A DNA stretch of 64,000 nt from Flectonema sp. DT1601 (Eukaryota), in assembly GCA_964019425.1 (NCBI GenBank), contig OZ025787.1, forward strand, positions 434,001 to 498,000, read 5' to 3'. A program made the position numbers and the translations under genes. Numbering within the stretch: position 1 is the stretch's first letter; every line of letters begins with the position of its first letter. This document shows positions 57,181-64,000 of the stretch, one piece after another. The notes under the pieces are model-generated. The model was not told the DNA's origin. It worked only from the letters and a program-made list of their open reading frames with translations, and did no database searches.

Positions 57181-58695
57181 ATGTTTAGAACTACGCGTAG
57201 CTGCTGCTGTGAAATTAAAGAATGGATTGATGTAAGTGAATTGTCAACTTTCATATTTCAAAAGAAGACTGAAGTGACTCTGGTAAAAGGACAATCTGGA
57301 TCACAGCAGACTGTAAATAGAACTCAAATATCAATTATAGAAAAGGTTGTCGATGATACTGTCGCGTCCTATGGAGGGTTAGAAAAATTAAGTAACGGAG
57401 AGCTCTCTCACTTAATGGGATTTTTTACAGAAATTAATAACACAGAAAAACTTAAGGTGATTACAGCTATGCTAAAGGAACAAGGAAACTTCCTAACGCC
57501 ACACACTACAAGAAACCTTCTCCATATTGCCAGTAGAGTAGGTGACATTCTTCAATTCACACGAGTTTTATCACAGGCTAAATCCGCGGGCGTGAAATTA
57601 CTTCCGGATACACCCGACAAATTCATGGAATGTATAATGCTAAGTAAAAGTATTTATAACAGATATGAATTAGCAATGGAATTCATTACCTTAATGAGGA
57701 ATAAGAATGCTATTATATCCTCCAGAATAATTAAATACGCATTAGCATGTTGCAGCACATATTTCGATGCAAAAACACTCATCCGAATCATTGATAAGAG
57801 TGGTTTGTCTTGGAAGAAGGTACATGTAAAAAATTGGGATGAAAAATTGTGGAGTTGTTTAATAAAAACATGTAGACATGATGCGTCGTCAGCTGAGAGA
57901 GTCGTTAAGGATATGAAACAATATCAATTTAAACAGACATCGAGAACAACTGCAACACTCATGAGCATATATAACACTGTTCAGGACTTCAATTCTGTAG
58001 TTCAATTGTTTGAAGACGCCGTAAAGAATAAATTTCCAATGACCCCAATAATGCTAACAGAAGTAATAAAAGCATGTTCAATCCAAGCTCGTAAACCCAA
58101 CGATCTCTATACTCGTTTAGCTGAAAAAACATGGAAAGTCGTTACCACAAAAGGCTTCGAAAATGACATGTTTCTTTGGAAAATCATGGCAACTGTATAT
58201 GCTCGTACGGGTGCATCAACACGTGCTAATGCGTTGTTAAATAGGATGATTCAGTTGAAGTTGAAGCCGTGTAAAGAATTTATGAAGGCATACCGCACTG
58301 CAATTGGTGAGTCTACTTCACCCAGATCAGACCCCCCAACTGATAGGTTGAGTAAAGTAGATGAAGAGATTTGCAACAATATCATTGCTGTTACTTCAAC
58401 ATTGATCTTCGACATTCGTCAACGAGTACCATCTTCTGTTCCTACAAATGGGATTTCTCCTTCATCTAAATTTGTTTATACTCCGCGTAGTCGAAGCGAG
58501 CAAAAATCAAAACATAAATATCCAGAAAGGAGAAAACCTGACTCTCGGAAACCTGTAAAGTGGGACTCTCGTAAGACAAGAATATCTAATAGTGATATCC
58601 AACTTGTTCGTTCTGTAAAATCAAACAACACAAAAGAACAGAAATCTCTTTCAGTTGAAGAGCGTGTGGCTGGGACACTCGAAGACTTTCAATAA
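57181..58695 (+). CDS. Divergent pentatricopeptide-repeat-like protein, probably mitochondrial
   Basis: MFRTTRS N-terminus; ~35-aa helical units such as LWSCLIKTC...AERVVKDMKQYQFKQ, TTATLMSIY...VVQLFEDA, LWKIMATVYARTG...ANALLNRMIQLKLKP. Confidence 0.65.
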   Translation: MFRTTRSCCCEIKEWIDVSELSTFIFQKKTEVTLVKGQSGSQQTVNRTQISIIEKVVDDTVASYGGLEKLSNGELSHLMGFFTEINNTEKLKVITAMLKEQGNFLTPHTTRNLLHIASRVGDILQFTRVLSQAKSAGVKLLPDTPDKFMECIMLSKSIYNRYELAMEFITLMRNKNAIISSRIIKYALACCSTYFDAKTLIRIIDKSGLSWKKVHVKNWDEKLWSCLIKTCRHDASSAERVVKDMKQYQFKQTSRTTATLMSIYNTVQDFNSVVQLFEDAVKNKFPMTPIMLTEVIKACSIQARKPNDLYTRLAEKTWKVVTTKGFENDMFLWKIMATVYARTGASTRANALLNRMIQLKLKPCKEFMKAYRTAIGESTSPRSDPPTDRLSKVDEEICNNIIAVTSTLIFDIRQRVPSSVPTNGISPSSKFVYTPRSRSEQKSKHKYPERRKPDSRKPVKWDSRKTRISNSDIQLVRSVKSNNTKEQKSLSVEERVAGTLEDFQ

Positions 58696-58942
58696 ACGTA
58701 GGTAAAAAATATCTGTATTATCGTCCTTTTCCAAGCATAGATCCTTTGGTGCGGAGCACCCGTTGGGATGTAATCTACCGATTTATGGTAGTCGTCCGAG
58801 GAAATTTAAATTTATAACATTCTAATCCACCCATCAGGGAATCAATTAATATTACTGTAATCACCACTCTCTGTTAACAAACGTTACATTGAATTCAAAC
58901 TATTACTTCACTTTACTTTTAATAAACAGAGTAGTTGATAAG

Positions 58943-61663
58943 ATGGCGGAATCGTCACATTTACAGTCTCTTGGCCTTGATGATGAAGACCCTGGAAGTA
59001 GACGACAGGCAACTAAAGGACGACGTGCTCAGCAAGGATTATCAAAACCAAAGATAGCACCTCCGATAAGTAGGTCTCAGTTATTACAGTCGTCTGATGA
59101 GAGTGATGACGGATTGAACTTGCCTGGGAAGAAAAAAAATATTTCGGCACCGATTGGTGATTCGATGCGAAAATCAATTGACAATGACAACAATAACAAC
59201 AACACTCCTGATCCTGTTCCCACTGTCTCCAGTCCAATAGTGAGTTCTCCAAAGATTATATCTTCACAACAACGATCTCTACCAACGTCAACCAACCAGT
59301 CTGACAGCAGACTACGAAACATGCAAACTGATATCGATTCGTTAACATCACAGCTGAGAGAATCTAATGATTCGAAAACACGTCTTGAAGAAGACATCAA
59401 ACGTGAAATAGAAGAGCGAACCTGGAAACTCGAACACGACAAAACTAAGTTAACTGACGACAATCTTCACAAAGAAGAAATAATAAAAAGACTCCAGAGG
59501 GATTTAGAATCAGCGAGAACGGAATCTGAAGAGTCGAGAGTCGCACACGTCAAAACCCAACAAGAAAGTTTAAAACTTCAAAATGCTTTCGGTGAAGCTT
59601 CAGAACTCAGACGAGAAGTATCTGAAATGAGAGAAGCTGCTAAAGAGAACGAAGAAAAGTTAGAAAATGAAAGACGAAAAGTATCACAATTAACACAAGC
59701 TCAAACAGACCCTAACATACTACCGTACACACCACCACCTCGTATGGCGAATGTCAGTAAGGATGTCCCGGCAGACGCACCTCTAAGTTTTCAGATACAA
59801 GTTATGTTATATAATTCAACTAAGGAAATCGTTGAGTATCAAAAGACAAGAGAAGAAGCAATCATACAATCAATGAGATCAGAACAACAACGATGGCAAT
59901 CTGAAATGGTTGAACGAGAGGACATTAGAAATAGAATACAACAAGAAGAACTTCAAAAATGGAGAACACGCGATCAAGAAGAGCGTTTAGAAAGAGAAAG
60001 TCGTGACTCAGAAGAACGAATTCTGCGACAGCAGAGAACTGAACAAGAGAGAACTGATGCAGAGATACTTCATAGAAAAGAGAAATCAAATATTATTCAG
60101 CAAGAAATGAGAGATCGAGAAGTATGGTCAGCCCGTCTTCATGATGAACATCAAAACACTATTGAGAGAATAACTGTTGGGTTTACAACAACACAAGAAC
60201 AGACAACTCGATCTCATGAAATTCAAATTAGAACCATACAATCTCAGATTGAAGAAGAAAAAAAACACAATCGACGAATAGCCACCCAACAATCAGATGA
60301 AATGCGACTTAGATACGAACACATCATTCAACAACAAGAACAACAACATAAGGAAGCGGTCAGTTCTCTCGCAGGGTTTAAAGAGTCTCTTTTAAAACTG
60401 ACTAGTTGTGAGTTAGAAATATCGAAAGTTCTACAACAACAAAAAGACGTCCATCGAAGTGTTGAATCTCAATGGGGAATTATAAAAACTGAACGAGACT
60501 CGGCCTTGGCCGATCGCGAAGTCATCATCGAAGAGCTTCGGAAATCAGTTGCGGAAAAACATCAAGCGCTAGACTCAGAGAGAGTGATGCTATCAAGGCT
60601 TTTAGCAGACTTTAGAGTTAGCGTCGACGGGATAAAACGTTCACAAGAAGATGAACGGAGCAGATTAACAGCAGCTGTTACGAGAGCAGAAAAATCAAAA
60701 GAAGACTATGAACGCGAACATAGAAAATGGATGAGAGAATCAGTTAAACATAAAATAGAACTCGAGTCAGGTCATCAGGATGGCGTTGATAAACTCGTAG
60801 CTGCAGCGGAGGATCTAAAAGCAGAACGCTCTTGTCTATCTCAAGAACGAAGAGACTTTCAAAGATCAAAAGAAAGTCATCTTCAAATGCTTGCTGATCA
60901 AGAACAAAAGCTTCAACAACAGAGATCCAATCACGATAAAACAACTTCAGAATTACAATCACGTGAAGACAACATAAAAGAAACTGAACGCCGATTGACA
61001 TCCGAACTAGACGAATTAAACCGTCAGGGTAGAATCCTAGCAGAAGAGAAAGACGGACTCAAAGACGAATTATATCGAATAAAGGAATTGGGTAATATTG
61101 CTTTTCAGAAGTCAAATGAACTTCAAAAGATGAGAGACGACTTACGACTTGAATACGAAACAGCTGAGAGATCAATAAAACAATCAGCTGAGACTGAAAA
61201 GATTAAACATACAGAAAGAACTCAGGCAGCAGCTTCGCGTGAAATTCAAAAACCCAACCCGGACGTATCTTGGCAACGTGAAATGCAACACCGTCTCCGT
61301 TCTCTTGAACAGCAATCTGATCAAAACGGATCTCATCGTCGTCAAGTTGGTTCAATAATGTCACAGGAGCTCTTTCTTGAACAAACTCGAAAGCGTAATA
61401 CAACTCTAGAACAACCCCCTCCTAAGATTAGGTCACCAGTAGTTGAGACTGCTGCTACAAAGCATCCGTCATTAAAAACATCAGAGTTTGATGCATTAAA
61501 AGGTCAATGGGGAACTCTTTTAAAATTATCTGACGATAGTCGCAGCTCTTCAAGTGAATTCAATCCACCTGCTGGTATCCTTCGAATAACACCAAGTACT
61601 ACATCAAGACCTGATACTAATTACCATTCATCACAATACACGTCATCATCTCCAATGTCGTGA
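58943..61663 (+). CDS. Long coiled-coil protein (possibly basal-body FBF1-like; family not confirmed)
   Basis: ~900-aa ORF with a disordered N-terminus followed by a continuous E/Q/R/K heptad-rich region. Confidence 0.75.
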   Translation: MAESSHLQSLGLDDEDPGSRRQATKGRRAQQGLSKPKIAPPISRSQLLQSSDESDDGLNLPGKKKNISAPIGDSMRKSIDNDNNNNNTPDPVPTVSSPIVSSPKIISSQQRSLPTSTNQSDSRLRNMQTDIDSLTSQLRESNDSKTRLEEDIKREIEERTWKLEHDKTKLTDDNLHKEEIIKRLQRDLESARTESEESRVAHVKTQQESLKLQNAFGEASELRREVSEMREAAKENEEKLENERRKVSQLTQAQTDPNILPYTPPPRMANVSKDVPADAPLSFQIQVMLYNSTKEIVEYQKTREEAIIQSMRSEQQRWQSEMVEREDIRNRIQQEELQKWRTRDQEERLERESRDSEERILRQQRTEQERTDAEILHRKEKSNIIQQEMRDREVWSARLHDEHQNTIERITVGFTTTQEQTTRSHEIQIRTIQSQIEEEKKHNRRIATQQSDEMRLRYEHIIQQQEQQHKEAVSSLAGFKESLLKLTSCELEISKVLQQQKDVHRSVESQWGIIKTERDSALADREVIIEELRKSVAEKHQALDSERVMLSRLLADFRVSVDGIKRSQEDERSRLTAAVTRAEKSKEDYEREHRKWMRESVKHKIELESGHQDGVDKLVAAAEDLKAERSCLSQERRDFQRSKESHLQMLADQEQKLQQQRSNHDKTTSELQSREDNIKETERRLTSELDELNRQGRILAEEKDGLKDELYRIKELGNIAFQKSNELQKMRDDLRLEYETAERSIKQSAETEKIKHTERTQAAASREIQKPNPDVSWQREMQHRLRSLEQQSDQNGSHRRQVGSIMSQELFLEQTRKRNTTLEQPPPKIRSPVVETAATKHPSLKTSEFDALKGQWGTLLKLSDDSRSSSSEFNPPAGILRITPSTTSRPDTNYHSSQYTSSSPMS

Positions 61664-62051
61664 TGATCGTCTGTCTGTTTCTTTTCTCTTCCCTTTTCCC
61701 ATCTTACTTTTTTATTCTGGTCTTGTATTCACTTTTGGTAGATAACATTTTAACCGTAGATAAGTTCCTTTTATAAAGTTTTTTTTTTTTTTTTTTTTTT
61801 GCGAAAAAAATACTAATTTTCTGTAAAGCAGCAGTGACATATTTTTTATGTGAAAAAAACCCTGTCTTGGAATAACAGTTGGCAGCATGTTCTGCTTCTT
61901 TAGGTTTTCTATTTTGTTGAGAATGCCATTATTGTATTTCAGCCCCCCACTCTCACAGGATTACTTGCTTATGACTACTAGCTTAATACATTGCTGTTGT
62001 TCACTCTTCATAACGAAATCTTTTATTTACAGAGACACTCTCATCCAGAAT

Positions 62052-62759
62052 ATGGAAGAAGGAGGTCGCAGCACACTTCTCGATGTCGTTTTAAAGAAAT
62101 TAAAAGTAAATGTCGAGTCTGGATCACAACTAGTAAGTCGAATAGTCCTCTCTGGTGTGCTAACTACTGGAGAGAGTAGTAAAGGTTTATTTGAGGCTTT
62201 AATGAGTGACGAAATGGGTTTCAACGGAGAACAAGGAGAACCTTTATTTACGGGAATCTTGATGGAGACTTCTAGGAATTTCATTCATTATTTGGAAGGG
62301 ACTTCTGAAAATGTTTTAAAATATATTGTACTTCTAAACTCAAAGATTGATGAATATGATACCTGTCATGATGTTGTTGTAGCGAGTCATACAGATGATG
62401 TTGGGTCGAGAGCTTATTCAAAGTGGGTTCACTGTGAACAACACAATCCCGGAGGGAACATAACCGTTAAAAGAGATCAATTAAAAGTTCTCATCGTTGA
62501 TATCATTCAAAACTTAACAGAATTGGGTTCGATGATTTATCAAAAAGAACGACTTCAAATGATGCAATTTCTAACTGGTCTGAAAACATCAAACCCAGAC
62601 ATTCTACCAACAGCATCTCAGATTGACTGTATTATAACAAAACCGGGTATTGCATATTGTTTGTCTGTATCAGAATTTTGTCAAATCTATTGCGAACCAG
62701 TAGACCTAGTATTACACTCTGAATTGATTTGGCCTCCTCATCCTCCACTCGCATTCTAG
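62052..62759 (+). CDS. TEX47: TEX47 (C7orf62)-like flagellar protein
   Basis: RSTLLDVV, LVSRIV, FTGILM...FIHYLEG, DDVGSRAYSKW, and the C-terminal EFCQIYCEPVDLVLHSELIWPP match my recollection of this family. Confidence 0.65.
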   Translation: MEEGGRSTLLDVVLKKLKVNVESGSQLVSRIVLSGVLTTGESSKGLFEALMSDEMGFNGEQGEPLFTGILMETSRNFIHYLEGTSENVLKYIVLLNSKIDEYDTCHDVVVASHTDDVGSRAYSKWVHCEQHNPGGNITVKRDQLKVLIVDIIQNLTELGSMIYQKERLQMMQFLTGLKTSNPDILPTASQIDCIITKPGIAYCLSVSEFCQIYCEPVDLVLHSELIWPPHPPLAF

Positions 62760-62938
62760 TATACTGTATTCTTTAACACACTACATTAATCTTTCTTATT
62801 GCGTAATTTGGTTCTATTTTTTAGCTGTGGTGAATAACTTCAGAGTTTCTGTAGACAGGACTAATAGGGGTTTGTGTTTTGGAAGGCATTGACTGTAATT
62901 ATCATCTTTTTCAATTAGAAATATCGAAATGATACGAT

Positions 62939-64000
62939 ATGAAGGAGTCGTGGCAACAATTAGCTGTCGCTGTTGAAGACATTCCGAAGAAGGATCTACC
63001 AAATCAGACTAATTTAGTAAAGAAACTTCACGACTCAGCACTCGGATTAAAATTACGAAAAAAAGATGCATCATCAGCTATTCGAATTCTATGGGGATGT
63101 GCTGCTGCTCGAATTCGTTGTCAGAAATTATTAAAAAAAATAGAACCGACACTAATTTCATTAAACTTAGAAGCACCACACGCGTTGACTGTATTGTGGT
63201 CAATGGCTCGATTAAGAATGAGATCGACTCCGATAGAGAGAAAGGTTACATCGTATTTCAATGATAGGAAATGGGTTTCTATTAATAAAACATACATGTC
63301 ACCTCCACGTGTCGCATCAGCATGTTATTCATTTACAAAACTTGAAATTAGACAACGAAGTCTGTCTGATCGACTTAGTGACTTCTACCTTCGAAAGATT
63401 GACGATATCACTTTTGATCGTTGTGCTGTCCAAGACATGGGAAAGGTCCTGTTTGGTTTATCAACTCTTGGTCGGTGTTCTTTTGAATTGGTATCAAAGG
63501 TTATTTGGTATATAAAGTACAGTAGTTCGTTTCAAATTGCTCTAGAAGACGAGCATTCTTATGTCACAGGTGGCGTATTCCTCCCATCAACAGTCATAAA
63601 TAGACATCACTTCGCATCTTCACAATTCAATAAAATAATTACAACCGTTAGAGACAACCTTCAAGAACTTACAATCAGATATTTATCAATGTGTGGTCAT
63701 TCTGTTTTGTGGAGACCATTAAGCCGTGCGATGTATAATTATTCTTCTACTGGTGATGTAAATTTCCTGCTTATAGATGCTGTATCACAAGTAATATCAG
63801 ATCACGCCTTATCACAACGGCATCATAAATTTACTGGTAGTGAATCGATGCTCTTTTGTTTTAGTTTTGATGTAGCTGGTCTTCGAATACCAGAAAATTG
63901 TATTAAGGTGATATGTGATAGCAATTTTGAATGTTTCTGTAAACCGGAAATGATACCAAAAAAAGTTTTGCTTCGGTTAATTCGAAATGAGAGTTCGCTG
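62939..64000 (+). CDS. Partial helical-repeat protein (OPR/HPR/FASTK-like), runs off the window
   Basis: Frame open from ATG 62939 to the window end (absent from the ORF track); repeats ILWGCAAARI, VLWSMARLRM, ACYSFTKLEI, VLFGLSTLG. Confidence 0.65.
   Translation, partial: MKESWQQLAVAVEDIPKKDLPNQTNLVKKLHDSALGLKLRKKDASSAIRILWGCAAARIRCQKLLKKIEPTLISLNLEAPHALTVLWSMARLRMRSTPIERKVTSYFNDRKWVSINKTYMSPPRVASACYSFTKLEIRQRSLSDRLSDFYLRKIDDITFDRCAVQDMGKVLFGLSTLGRCSFELVSKVIWYIKYSSSFQIALEDEHSYVTGGVFLPSTVINRHHFASSQFNKIITTVRDNLQELTIRYLSMCGHSVLWRPLSRAMYNYSSTGDVNFLLIDAVSQVISDHALSQRHHKFTGSESMLFCFSFDVAGLRIPENCIKVICDSNFECFCKPEMIPKKVLLRLIRNESSL

Overview
Eukaryotic nuclear DNA, AT-rich, with long poly-A/poly-T tracts. 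It is most consistent with a euglenozoan (diplonemid-like) protist; this is an inference from ~20 consecutive host genes all on the + strand, AG acceptors just upstream of start codons, few short GT-AG introns and a TATE/VIPER-type tyrosine-recombinase remnant. The first ~9.5 kb is a nest of mobile DNA: two tandem TA-flanked MITEs, a truncated piggyBac end, an orphan zinc-finger ORF, and a frameshifted hAT element next to a tyrosine-recombinase fragment. From 9.6 kb a unidirectional gene cluster follows: RPL5 x2, CFAP77, a GH127-like glycosidase, an M1-like pseudo-peptidase, a large mitochondrial protein with a degenerate HAD domain, an EF-hand protein, an SK-type K+ channel, a DeSI peptidase, a small SILK+RVxF protein, an ankyrin/RanBP2-finger protein, a CAP membrane protein, La, acyltransferase-3, an SGNH hydrolase, PPR-like, coiled-coil and TEX47-like proteins, and a partial helical-repeat gene. 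The most striking unexplained feature is an ~11.3-kb ORF-free interval (34.9-46.1 kb). It is densely packed with + strand-compatible (G-U containing) stems, multibranch structures and nested long-range pairings, several of which sequester splice-site-like sequences. It is a candidate giant structured RNA or regulatory UTR. An antisense LSU rRNA fragment sits just 3' of the ankyrin gene. All calls are by eye; no searches or folding programs were run.
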